A DNA stretch of 64,000 nt from Antedon mediterranea (Eukaryota > Animalia > Echinodermata), in contig NC_092673.1 in assembly GCF_964355755.1 (NCBI RefSeq), positions 3,348,001-3,412,000 of the forward strand. The letters are read 5' to 3'. Positions within the stretch are counted from its first letter, which is position 1, and every line of letters starts with the position of its first letter. The notes beneath the pieces were generated by a model. It ran no database searches, was not told where the DNA came from, and worked only from the letters and a program-made list of their open reading frames with translations. The translations under genes and the position numbers were made by a program. Positions 31,001-45,600 of this stretch are shown in pieces.

Positions 31001-32238
31001 GCGTTTTAAGCCAAGGAAACCTTATGTTGTAAGCTTGCTAAGGCATGAACTTTTTTTCAGCACATTTACAGCACACACGTTCGAAAACAAAGCACAAAGT
31101 GTATACTCAAACAGTCTAATTAGTTGAAAATTACAATAAGAATCCACACGGTGTCCGGGGCAATTCAAAGCTGTGACTAAATGTATTCACGGTACATTGG
31201 GGTATTAAGAAGCCAAGTACAGAATTCATAAACATAATCAAAACGGAATATCAAAGCACTAAGAAATAAAAACCTTACATTTTACATGAACTATCTTACA
31301 TTTTCAATTTTTACAATAATTATGTGAATCAACTACTAAAATTGTTCTTAAATTGATATAAAAAATAATATATAGCTAAACAAATAATTATAGTTGATTA
31401 GAGCTAAATTTATTTAATTTATTACATTAATAAAATTATCAAAAACACATGTCTGTGACTCATAACCATGGACAATTTTAAGGAATAATGAAACAAAAAA
31501 ACGATGATAGGTAATCAAATACTATTGTTAATAATAGGCGTGTATATATTGGTAATAAGGGGCAGGTTTCTACATGCAAATTTACTATGTATAAGTGTAT
31601 TATTCTAATTAACTAGGGTTTTATATAAGTGTATGTAAATACTTATTTACCCACGTTATTTAAAATATATTAAATACATATTAAAACATACACTTTTTTA
31701 TTAGTGGGAAATATTGAAAGCGCATAATTGTTAGTAAGAAAACAGAAATTTGATGTTGTTGTTGACGAATCATAATCTTGATACTGTAACATTTACCTTT
31801 CGAATTTATACCATTCATGTCATTTGTGACTCTTTTACAATGATTTTACATATAAATATGAATCACATCTGTCATTATTCAATATACTATTTACACTTTT
31901 AAACTGCACTTCAGTAAATAAACCTCTTACACACACACACACACACACGCACATTTCCACACACACACTCGCGCAAACACTCAATAATTTTCAATATTCC
32001 CGATTCTCTTCATATGCCTCATCGTTTATTTCTACACGTTAAAAGTCAACAACGTATGTCTACGTCATTCACAAAACTACAACTGCATTGGCAACCGTAA
32101 TTCTGAGAACACGACTATTTGCAAACAAAAACACCAAAATTGAAAGTTCACAGCAAGCCAGAAATTAAAAGAAGACAGAATGTTAACATTTCTACAAATA
32201 TTTTCCTCAGAATAAAAACAAATGAAAAGATATAAAGC

Positions 32239-32387
32239 CAGTGGCGTAACAGCTATGACTGATTAAACCCAGAAGCCCCAGAGCTCAAGGGACCCCAGAG
32301 CATAAGCAGTCCAATCCAAATACCAAGCGTTGGAGGGCCTCTTAAGAGTGCTAAACCAGGGGGTATGCCTTGTGTGTTATGCCACTG
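32239..32387. mobile_element. hAT-like MITE
   Basis: TIR CAGTGGCGTAAC / GTTATGCCACTG; 8-bp flanks TATAAAGC and TATAAACC. Confidence 0.7.
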
Positions 32388-33674
32388 TATAAACCAGTGA
32401 AATTATATAAAAAGTATCAACAACTATTTGTTTTGTAACAATTGAATTACAGATATTTACATAACAGAACACATAGGTTGGCCTATTTTAAGCAAGTTAT
32501 TCTTCGCATGGGACTTATAAATCAATTAATTATTAATCAAAATTTGATAACATTTTTATATTTATTTTATTATTGGTTTAATTTATCATAATATTCTAAC
32601 CAACAATATTTTATCAATTTTCTACATATAAAGAAAAATACAAATTTTATATCTCCATGGTTACTCTATTACTCTTTGGCTAAGGTTATGTTTTTAAAAT
32701 AAACTTTTAAATCCACATCATATTCTGCTAAAATAAAAATCAATGAATCCCTCCCTTTAAAAAAAAAACAAAAAACATTGATTTATTTGAAATCACATCC
32801 AATAGCAGTACCCCACCACTCACAGCATATTTACATAATTATGAATACATTTACTAAATTTAATAGAATATAGAATTGTTATCTTAATGGTCATATATAA
32901 CGCCAACTAATATATGTCAAAATTATTATATTATATTATTAATGTTATGTTCAAGTTGATGTTACATAATATATGAAACCTTTTATCATCTATATCAAAA
33001 CACACCATTTGGTACATTTGTCCATTTTTGTGTTCATCTAAACAAATTAGACATTTTGAAGTCTAATTCCTAGATAAATCACTTTATACAAATTGATAAC
33101 AATTAAAATCAATGATCCATACATTCATTTTACATTTTTAAAATTATCTATTATTATAATTTTCGTTCAAAAGTTTGTTAGACAAGCTTGAAGCAAGGTT
33201 ATGCTCAAAATGTGTCGGCCATCTTTATTTATATCTACAGCTAGTTCTAAAAACTGCCAATATGATCAATAAAATATTATCTAAAAAATCTGATTTTATC
33301 CAAATGTTAAAATTCACTAAATTGGAACAACAATGAATGGAGTTCTGAATCGAGCATAGAAACAAACATACCTTATGCAGATTTACTTTTGTAATTTCAA
33401 CCAATCACATACCACTTTGATTTGAATTCAACAAATCACAGATGAAATATCAATCATGGATACAATCATGGATTTAAATTCAACCAATCATCAGCTACGT
33501 ACGACAGACATACATAACTATATGGGCCAAATATAGTTTAATTATAGATCTGATTGTACTATTTATGTTTATCTGCCTTCATATGCTTGATTCAGATATT
33601 GTACAAAACATCCCACTACCATAAAAATGTTTTGAAATGTTTTAAACTTTACACTAAACGAACAGACAACGTAT

Positions 33675-36600
33675 TTAAAATCCAGCCGCTGCTTTCTCTG
33701 CCGCTGCAGCTTTCTCCTTTTTCTCTTTTTTCTTTTTAAGGAATGATGGTGTTCTGAATTTTTTCTTGCCTTTCTTGCTGGGTGATGCGTTTTCTTTGGA
33801 TGGTGATACCTCTACGTCGCTTGTGCTCTTCTCGACCGCATCCTCCGCTGCCGATGACGCATCTTCCGATCTGTTTCCATCTATTGTTGTTTCAATTTTT
33901 AGACTTTCTGTAACTACGGTTACTTCTTGACCTGAAACAAAATGAACAAATGTATTTTCAAAATTCATGAAATATTATAAATTAGAGAACAACAATTTTG
34001 CAGAAAGACAAAAGCACCAAACAGAAACAGGGACAAAATACACATGAAATACAGAACGAGAATATGATAAAGTGACAAGAAACATGAGGACACAAGAAAC
34101 ATGGACACAAACGTGAAACACACCAAATGCATGCAACAGTGTGATATGGAATTTGCAGAAACAACGTATTTAGCCTGATCAAATTTGTAACAATTAAAGC
34201 GTTTTTCTTTCTTTATGATTTTGGTTTTGTAATGTGAAACAGCATTGCACACCCTATAATGTCAATATAATAACTTAAGAATAGATATGAATCTTGTAAT
34301 GTAATAGAAATATCTCTATAAAATAAAAATGCATTTATTGGTTGTCAATATCATAAATATAAAATAGATATGGATTAATAAAATAGTGTACTGTAATGTG
34401 TTGTAGAAATGTCTATTTAAACTAAAAATGCATTTATTTGTTGAAAATGAAATAGAATGTAAAAGGTTGCAAAATAAACAGATTATCTAAGCTTGTATCA
34501 ACTTTATTGTAGAATGTTTATTTTGCCCGATGACCTAACTGTCACCCTAAAACAAACAAACAAAACATGATATTTTGTATATAGAGCAACAAAATAATAT
34601 TTCAAATAATTTCATTCTTCCTTTATTAAGCACTTAAAAATTAAAGCATTTTGGAAATTGAAAGTTTATAAAAACTGGAAGCAAAATGAAATATAGGCAG
34701 GAGCTTTTAAAATAAATATTGTTATTAATAGAACTTGTAGAGAGACTTTTTCTCCCTATTTTATTATTAAAAAAATGAATACATAAACACAAATTTGTCA
34801 ATGACTACTTGATAGGTATTATCGTCACTAGCATGCCACATATTGTTCTGTTTTTTTTTTAAGAGGCGGGGAGCAATTTTGGACATGCTGTGTTTTGTCT
34901 TTTACCTGGCGTATTCGAATAGTTTTTCCTTCATTTTTTTTCAAGGAAATAAAGAACAAAGAGGTTAACCAGACAAACAAATGAAAAGTATTTAATGTAA
35001 AAAAGTATAATAGCAATTCATTGTAATTTAACATGAATTAGGAACATAGTAATGATTATTCATCAGCAGAAAAAACAGAAATAAATTCGATGAAAATATT
35101 TTCAACTTATATTTAAGGTCGTAGATAGTGATATTGAGTCACTCGGCCTAATTTTTACCCGTTTCCGCTACAAAACTCCTACCCCAACAACATCAAATGG
35201 TAATCGCAACTTTTCAAAACTCCATTTTTTTACAAATACCAACTATTAAAAAATTGACAACATGTACGACGACACAACATGAAAACAACATAATCAGAGA
35301 GTGTAAACAAAAACTAGAAAGAATAACATAGAATAACATAAAATGACATTCACCCAGATGACAAAATTAAGTGAACAAAAATAAATATAGAAATTTAAAT
35401 AAATAAATATTACGATATTATTATTGTTATTAAAGGTTATAATATCGACCATGCAATTAATTAATGCACCATTCAATAAAAAATTATATTATTTTAATAC
35501 CCCAACAGTAAGCAATATTAAAACAATATGATAAAACTTCTGTTGCTTTTACGCATTAAATTCTTTCCATTGTAATGTTCAATAAAGGGGAAGGGGGTAG
35601 GGGGCGGGGAAAGGGGGTAGGGGATTGATATATCATGATTTATTTTGATAACCCCGTATATGATAATGCATATTGGGGGTATTTTAACGAGTAATAAATT
35701 TGTTTTCTATTAATTATAGAAAATGATACAAAAACAAAAATTTGGAATTAAATTTCATACAGATAATTCACATACATGAACATAGATGGCTAAAAACAAA
35801 GATGAAAAAAATGATGACAATTTAAGAAAGACCAGATTGACTTGTTGAAAAGCTGAAAAAGAATTGAAGTTAAATAGATGCTGCTGCTAACTACTGGACT
35901 AATTAATATCTAATTATAACAAACTAATGTAATTAAGTAAAACTAATTAGAACTTCTACAACTAGTCATTTTAAATGCTCCAAAACCCATTAGATTTGAC
36001 TAAATATTAGTAAGTTGTTACTAATACTGTAAATGTATATTTTAATTTTGTTAACTAAAATAATTCAATAATAAAGAATTGTTGTTTTCCAGTTAGTAAA
36101 TTAGTTCTTTATTTTCAAAAAGCTTAATTTTGTCCTCTATGTTAATAGAAGGGTTGTGAGGTGAGTAGAATTAAGATGAGGAAACAAATGCACAAACTAA
36201 TTTGCATATATGAAATAATGACCAATGAGAATTAAGTATAAAAACTGATATAAATATAGCAATGATTATGAATAAGATAATTTCCTCCTTGCCTCTGCGT
36301 GTCCGCTCGTCATGCTACAACCGCGTGTAGCCGCGTGTATAGAAATACGTACCTATAATGAAATAAGTAGTGACGTGATCAAAAACATCACAGTGAATTG
36401 TGCAATTGATGTCGTGGACTGATCCAATATGAGATGAAATGTGTGTAGTGTTCAAATGCAGCCCCAATTTTAATAACATAAGCCATAATCATTTTGTAAT
36501 ATAATGCACCCCAATTTTAATAACATAATCATTTTGTAATATATTGTAGGGATAAAATTGTATATAATAGAAATTGTAATAAATTATTGTTAACATTTAT

Positions 36601-39600
36601 AAGGATAAAATGAACAGTCAAGTTAAAGAGAAGAGAATTGGAATATTAATTTGATCAAAAGATGAAAATAGAATAATTAAAAGATGGTTAAAATATCAGC
36701 AACAATGATATGCATAGTAATTAAATTTAATTTATTTGCACATGCTTACAAACCAACCTACGTTCTGATAGCTCAACCAACTATGCCAAACGTAGTAGTT
36801 GCAGGAATTATCACAACATGAATTGCTTTGTAAGTATGTCCATATATTTTTTACATCCTTTTTAAAAATGCGTTCTTTGGTGAAACAATCGAAAAGACTC
36901 CTAGATTGGACTAGATTATTTTAAATTATAAACTTTCCAAAAAATAATATGGCAAGATGATTAATGGCAAGAAATGAACGATAAATCTAGCATCGCATTC
37001 ATTAATACACAATCCATAACATGAGTAATTTTATCACCAAATAATGAGGTAACTATGCTAGTATTGGAAACAGACATTGCAATGAAATGCTAAATATACA
37101 TGTTACATAGAAAACACATTATATTATTTAAATGCAGTGAAAACTGTGGCCTAACAACCAGACCCTCATACAGATGTATAGGTTAGTTGGTCAGAAAGCC
37201 CAGCTTATACTGGTTAAAGTCATATCGGACACTCATAGAGATGTATCGCTTAGCTGGTCAGAAAGCCTAGCTTATACTGGTTAAAGTCGTATAGGACCAT
37301 CATCGACATGTATAGCTTAGCTGGTCAGAAAGCCTAGCTTATACTGGTTAAAGTCGTATAGGACCCTCATAGACATGTATAGCTTAGCTGGTCAGAAAGC
37401 CTAGCTTATACTGGTTAAGTCATATCTGACCCTCATAAAGGTGTATAGCTTAGATAGATAGGAAGCCTAGCATATACTATATGCCAGGTTCAGAACTGTT
37501 TACCACAATACCTCCCTCTTGTGATACATTCATCTTTAAATAAGTTTTGATGTTTGTGACTTAATCAGGAATTGTGGAGAAAAATGAAAGACAAATGAAA
37601 TTGGAAGAGAAATGATCATGCATCGTTAGCGAATAAAATGGAAGCAAGCCAGGGATAGATGCGTGAAAGACTCATACAGATTAAATATGTCTATAAAAAG
37701 AAATCTAGGATCAACAAAACAAATGCACAGGCATATGAAATCAAATTAAGTTTTAAAGTCAAAGAATATTAAAGTAAAATTAAATAGAACAGCTTAAAGC
37801 AACAGATTCACTAAAGCTCTGTCTACACTATCAAATTAGTTTGGTGTGTGATGTGCCCAAATATGATAGTGATATGACATCATCATGTCCATATATGGGC
37901 ACATCACATTTTTTTTGTCAAGTTTGATAGTGTAGACAGTGCTTAAGATAAATTCAGAAAATAGAGAAAAGGGAAAATAAACAAGATTACAGTAGCAGTT
38001 ATCAAATAAAAATAAACTATAAATGTTGATATATTATAAATGTGTAGGATACCAGTAGGTTTGGGTATATGATATTTATGTCTGAACTAGTATGTGTAGG
38101 GTACTGCTAGGTGGGGGTTTAAATAACTGGTGCTTATGCTTAGAGTGTATAACGTAATCAACATGTGTGCATAATGTGAGTTTTTGCAGTATGACTATGT
38201 GTGGGTTAACATTTTAATGTATCAAATATTATTTACACATTTAAAAAATAACTTCTGGTGCCACGCGTTTTCTGGTCAACTTTATAAACTACAAATATGA
38301 CAGTTTTGCTATCAAACTACTACTACTGGTACTATACTATTACTAGGCAGAGCATGCGTGCAAAAGGGTTGCGAGAGAGCAACAGAAGACACGAGAAACA
38401 TTAAAATTACAAATGCTACAAACACTTTGTTTACACTTCCAAGCTCATTTTCTTCCCTTCACACTTCTTTTCCTACGTTATTTGTTTTGGACATAAATAG
38501 AAGGAAACTATTTGGACAAGCAAATCTACCCAATCTAAAGCTCTGTCTACACTTACCAACTAGTTTGACAAAAAAAAGTGCCCAAATATAGTAGTGACAT
38601 GACATAATCATGTTCATATTTAGGCGCATCACATGTTTTTGTCACATAAAGTTTGATAGTGTAGACAGGGCTTAAGGATTTTTAAATCCTCCCGCCTTTT
38701 TGACAAAACCATTTTTTCAAGGCTTAACTACCATGTATGATTATAAACTGTAATACGTACCCTCTGGACCTTCAACTCGGCTCACATTGTTTACAACTGT
38801 GGCATCGTCTACTTCTTGTACTATCAGCTCTATCTCTTTTACATCTACATATTTTTACAAAATACAGAGTATTCGAATTATTACACCACTAACAATTTAA
38901 TTAGTTGCTGTTATGGATGTTTCTGATATGCTATTTTACATATTATTTGCATGCATTTCTTTCAGAATATTTACGTTTTGTTCATTTACTTTTCAAGTAT
39001 TAAGATCAGTCACTGTGGGAATGATAAAAAGTTGCCCCAACCGTGATTCGAGTCAGAACCTTCTGCTTGATATGCAGATGTACTAACCATTAGACCATTC
39101 ATAGTATTGTTCAAATTTGATTGGATAGCGACTCTTTCACAATCTCGGCGTGGTACTTGTACGCACGCACACCAGAGATCAAATTGATACGCCCTCATCT
39201 TTCAGTGTATATATATAATATTGTATGGTATCCATAAGAATAGATCTCGCACTGTATCTAGCTTTCACAATGATACTCTCATGGGATTCACGTTGAAGTT
39301 ATATTTACCAATTGTAAGGGTCAATTGTTATTATACTATTGTTCATACATAGGTACAAATTAACTTTTATGGAGCCCGTGAGACATGAACTACTAAGAAA
39401 TCCTGGTAGGTATAACATTTTATCTATGCTATATGGCTAAAAATCACTTCTTTCCGTGATAATCAAAATGAACATAATTGTTGTTGAAGACAAACCTTGA
39501 CCGGTTTTCTCAGCAATTTCTTTCTTGTATTGTAGAATATCTTTCTCGGTCATCTTATCGAATGGGTTGGGGGTGTACGACGTGTACAAGACTGCGTCTT

Positions 39601-42600
39601 GTTGGTAGTCTCGTTGAATTATGCCTTTTGATGCAGCTTTGACGTTGTCACTTGATGGGTTTCCTTGCTGAGAAAACAAACACGAAAAACAATATTATTT
39701 ATACATAAACAAAATTTGTATATAACAAAAATGTTTTTATTTAAAAATTCCATCAGACTCCCAAACACATAACATATACAAAATTAAATTACTTATTCAA
39801 ATAATAATTCACTTCTTTAAAATCTAACCATAATATGTAAATTCTTTCACAATAGTTTTAATTTACATTTAACCATAGGAACATTATATTAGTTTAGAAT
39901 ATACAGATTAAAACAAAGAAAGAATTAAATGTTAATATTATTTTTATTATTTCTAATGTTATTAAATGTACTTTTTAAAGTTAAATTAGTACTAGTTCAT
40001 CCATATATTTACCAAATTTAATACTTATTTACACCATTCAATACGAAGCCAATGTACTTTATATAGACTAATTATCGTCATAAGAGGTGATTACATAAAG
40101 ATATTAATAACTTAAACCGAGTAATATTTCCATTTTGACATAGTTTCAATACAATATGATATGTAATAAAGTTTATTGATTGTTGAACATGGGACCAGAC
40201 GACGAAACACAAAAAGCAGACGGCTTTGTCTTGCCCATCACCAAAGATATAGGAATATGAAATTATTAATTTAATAATTAGCAATCAACTAATATTTTAA
40301 TAATCAGCTTTTAATTAATTTATCTTAGATAATAACATTTCGGATATTCGGATAAACTGCAATTTATTATACTTTCAATAGACTTTAAAATAATGTTGTT
40401 GGTTCAATATAATAGAGAATTCAGAGAGATAGGATAGCATAGACATTCAACAACCAGTACACATGTAGTACAATATAAGCAACATAAATTTAAAATCCAG
40501 TAAAACCTATATATTTTCTTAACATTTTGCTGTGACACCATTTAAGCAGGCATAGATTACAACACACATCATAAGCTAGACTCACAAAACGAGCATATTT
40601 TCATCAGAAAGTAAAAATGTAAAGCAACATATATTCGATTTATTTTCATAAATTATATGATTCTTATATTCTTCTTCAAAAGAATAAGTATTAAATTAAT
40701 GTATGGCTATTGGCCAAGTTGATGATCCCTTACCAAGATCGATAAATCCAGAATCAAATACACGATGAATAAATGATGTGAAACGAATCGTGTTGTGGAT
40801 TCTTAGAAGAATTACGTTTACATAAAATCACTAAAACATTCAATCTAATATTAACGATGTTACAACACCCACACGATACAACATAAATTGATTAAATAAG
40901 GATGGTGTACACATTATGGGTTGATAAGTCTTCCTGGAAAAATGGACCATGTTTGGGACTGACATTTTAGTGTTCATTAGACTAAATTTACCAATAGTTG
41001 ACACACCAGGACATGTGTCTTTAAGGATAATTACAACATAGTGTTTCATGATGCAAAACTAAAAGTTGAGATATTGATTTAAAAACAGAAATGTTTCCAC
41101 TAAGTTGACTTACAACATCAACAAGAAAGAATATGGTGGTGATATGCCCAAATATGGTAGTGATATGTCCATATATGGGCACATAACATTTTTGTTGTCA
41201 CATAAAGTTTGATAGTGTAGACAGAGCTTAATACATATGTGTAGATATACTGTAGTGCCAGGAAAGATTTTATAGATGAAAAATATATACTGTAATGCAG
41301 CTAGTGAAAACGTATGTTAGTATGCGTTAGTGAGTAATGACTGCTAGGACACAGATTTGTGGGTGGTACAACACATTTGTTACACTTAATACCTTGCGAT
41401 CGTCCTCAAGACAATCCGAGGAGTTGGACAACGGTGCATCACTAGAAAACTACGAGAAAGTACAAAATACACAAATGGGAAAAAATGTATCAATCTAAAG
41501 GAACAGCACATCATTATTTCCAACGCGTGCGAGCAACGTGGATTACACGCGGCGTGGGACACACGCAACATGTATTACACGCAACGCCAAATGTTGTTAC
41601 GGTTACACCACTGCAACAACACGCCAGTATGAGCATGCAACTCATCTTAATGTGACTCATTTCGCTACAATTTTGTTATACCGAATGAGTCACATTCGCC
41701 ACATTTTCACGTTATAAACAAACTACTAAACATACAGTGATAATTAAGCGTTAGTTGAAACAATTAAAATAATAAATGTTTGTAATTTGAAAATGATTCG
41801 ATTACTATCAGATAATTACACAATACACTATTATGATTGATTAGGTGAATTCAATAAACAAAAGCATTTATTATATATTATATAAAATCAATATTTTAAT
41901 CTATCATGCCAACTAAAATGAATTTGTGTGAATGTTATTATAAATAAGCTTTTTAGTATTTTAAAGTTAATAATGCAATAAGTTGGACATCATAAATAAC
42001 CCTTATGCAAATCAGCATCTTGGGTACAAATCATAAGAGATATGGCACCATAATAAAGACATATGTCAATACTATATATAAATTGTAAAAATTAAAAAAT
42101 AATCAGAAATTAAACATCAAAATAATATGAATGTGCATATTAATCATAATAATGATGAATATTCACATAAATATAATTATAAATATTGATATTAGTAAAG
42201 TTAGTGAATGCTAACCTGCGGTGGTTTCTGCCATGTAACTCCAGACAAAACCTCCGATATTGGACCAGCAGACTTCTTGTCATCATAGAAATCATTCTTC
42301 AACTAATTAGGTAAAAATTTAAATAATGAGGAATAAAATTAGTCAAAAGATTCAAAATATTTTCTATATTCCATTATATACACTATATGTGTTTACAGAA
42401 AAATGTGATGTGGTCAAATATTGGACATGATTATGATGATATTTGGGCATATCATTACCATATTTGGGCACATCACACTTTTTTTTGTCAAACTAATTTG
42501 ACAGTGAACAGCACAGGACACAGTGGTAGGAAGATGTTCATTTTGTTGTAATGTAGAAGAGCAGGGAGATGATATAATCTCTTTTGTACAAAATATACAC

Positions 42601-45600
42601 ACAGAACTAGCGGGTTATGATACTTTACCTCTTTTCTTTTGTTCTTAAATTCTTTGGGGTTATCTCCCTGTTTAGCAAACTGCTGCGGATCCTGGATAAC
42701 AATTGAATCTCCACACGTCCCATCTTCTGATGTAATCCACTAGTAATACAAACATACGCATTATATGATTAATTGAATTGAAATATATATTTATACTGGG
42801 TAACCTCTTCAGTCAAAGACTGGTCTCCCAGAGGGCCCAGTTGGTGATCAGTGGCTGTGATGTACTACTACACCGGGGTAACCCCCTACTCGTCTCGAAA
42901 GATGTACTAGGTTCTTTAAAGTGCACACGAGCAAGTTGTGTACACTGGACCTACGGTTTATAGTCCTTATCCGAGAAGACTCGTTCTACCACCAGAACCA
43001 TGGAGTGAGTGAGCCTCGAACCCCTGCCGATGTTATGGCTACGTGATTACGGTTCCACTGTCTTAACCGCTCGGCCACTCACCCCATTAAGAGCACGTTT
43101 AAAATGATAAAGCTTGGATACGTACAATACTGTTGTTAAGCTCTGTCTACACTACAAGTTTGACAAAAAAAAGTGTGATGTGCCCAAATATGGTAGCGAT
43201 ATACCCAAATATGGTACTGATATGACATCATCATGTCCATATATGGGCACATAACATTTTTTTTGTCACATTCAATTTGATAGTGTAGACAGAGCTTTAA
43301 ATTATAGCTACTTAATTTAAACTAATCCCATACTCTCCCCTTTTACCCATACTATGTTTATTGATTCAGAATTGAAGCTATTGACAATGACAAACAAACA
43401 TAATATTATTGTAAATGATACTATAGTTATTATAACTGTGAATATAAAATACTAAATACTGTTAAGCCGTAAGAAAAATCAATTGAATTGATATAAATTA
43501 TTACTAAAAGTGTTGAATTTTAAATGGTAAGCCAATATCTGAAGTATCTCTTGAGCTTGTATTCTCATCAGTTTTATCATTTTAATATGCAGAATCCATT
43601 ACTAGTTGAATTTATGAATCAAGATGTCCGATTGAATTTTATTATTATAAAGCTCTGTCTACACTATCAAACTTTATGTGACAAAAAAATGTGATATGCC
43701 TGTATATGGACATAATGATGTCACACTACTACTATATTTGGGAATATCACTACTATATATGGGCACATCACACATTTTTTTAAAGCGTAGACAAAGCTTA
43801 AAAATTTGCATCTGGCGGTTTTTACTCACTTTGGTTTTTGTCTTTGGACTTGAATCCCCGTCTTCCTGTATTGTGACTTCCATCTTAGTATATTGGTTTG
43901 GAGTATTCAGCCATTTTGTCTTCTCCTTCTGTTGTCGTTTATTCGCCAGTTTGAGTGGGGACACATACTTGCTACCGTCCACGTCATCGTCATATACGTA
44001 GGTGAAGTTAGTAGAGATGGGCGGGTGGGCGACCTCACTGCGTGGCTTAGGCTCATGCTGGACAACAGGTTGGTGATAAATATAACCTGTCTTGTAGCCC
44101 TATAGTTGAAATAATAAAGAAATATTTCTTACAAAAACATCGCTTATCTCACGGTAACTACTGTCTACATGCATCTCAATATTTATCAGCAAATGTTTCA
44201 TATACTCTCTTTTCCCAGACGTGCTTTGGGGTATACACAGTCCGAGTTTCCAAATACCTATTTTTTGAAGCCGTAGTAAACTATAAGCTACCGTATGGTA
44301 ACCGTTTCTTAATGCTTCCGTTCTCTTAAATATAACTGCCTAAAAGAGCGGTGCGATAACAGTAAAATGTTACGAGGAAACAAAGGTAGTAGTAGTAGAC
44401 ATTATTTTGAAATATACAGTAAATTTCCCATATACACACATTATGAAGTTAGTAGGAACATTATAATGTGGTACAACAACTAGGCCATAATAGTTAAATA
44501 CTGAAACAGCTATTGACCAGTCAATAATATGGTAATAAAATCATTATATATATTTTTCTTGGAAAGTTTATCTGCACTGACAGGAAGCAATTACAGTTCT
44601 AGAACCAGACAGATTGCTATTAGGCGGACTACTGTAAGCCATTATAGGAAATATTAAAATCATTATTGCTTTATCCAAGCATAATATGTCTCATCTATGC
44701 AGATTAAACTTTCTTTTCTATTCAGAGATCTTGTTAAATGAGACAATGTGAAACGGTGGGCTAGTATTACATCGTGTAATGACATTATATTCATTGGCTG
44801 AATTATGTGGTTGATCTAGCCTACAGTATGCTTCTTTCACTCTTTCACAAGATCTTTCAGTCAGCAATCACCCTAAAGGCCAATTTACACAGATAACCAT
44901 AATAGATACAGATTCTATGTGGGACAAGCAGTTTTCCGTTACCACTTGTCTGTGTAAATTGGCCTTAAGAAGCCTCTTTATAACTTCCTTTACTATAATG
45001 TCCTTTCCAGCTAACACTCATGCTAAGTTTATTGTAGCTCCATACCTTAATGTTATATGGACATTACAGTGAGTGAGTGGCTAAGCGTTTTAAGACAGTG
45101 GAACCGTAATACCTTGTCATTGGCAATGGTTCAAGGCTCACTTGCCGCATGGTTCTGGTGGTAGAACAAGTCTTTTCAGATAATGACTAGGTCCAGTGTA
45201 CACATCTGGCTGACATGTGCACTTTAAAGAATCTAGTACACATTTTGAGACAAGTAGAGGGTTACCCTGGTGTACTAGTACACACACATCCACTGTCACT
45301 CACAGAGACTTGTCAGCATACAAGGTTTAGGGTCACCCTCTATAAATAAGTTGAAATAATAAAAGAAAATTACAAAACATACCATGTTGTCTAACTGTCT
45401 CATCATTGCCTCAAATTCCAGCTCTCCAACCTTCCACTTCTTAGTATCTCCAACACCACCAGAGCCACGTACAGCAAATTCGTGCGTCTTTTTCCTCATT
45501 TCTTCAGGAAGGAGGACCAGGTTGTCCATACCAGCAGCCATAGACTTTACCTGCAGACAAATTATTGTACTTTATTAAGATCTGGTTTAGATTGATTTTG

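Noticed and set aside
35159-35167. 9-nt phase-1 adducin microexon
   Set aside because: AG/GT flanks are present but the donor is weak and there is no supporting evidence.
43010-43085. tRNA gene
   Set aside because: The A and B boxes are the head of a repeated SINE; no complete cloverleaf.
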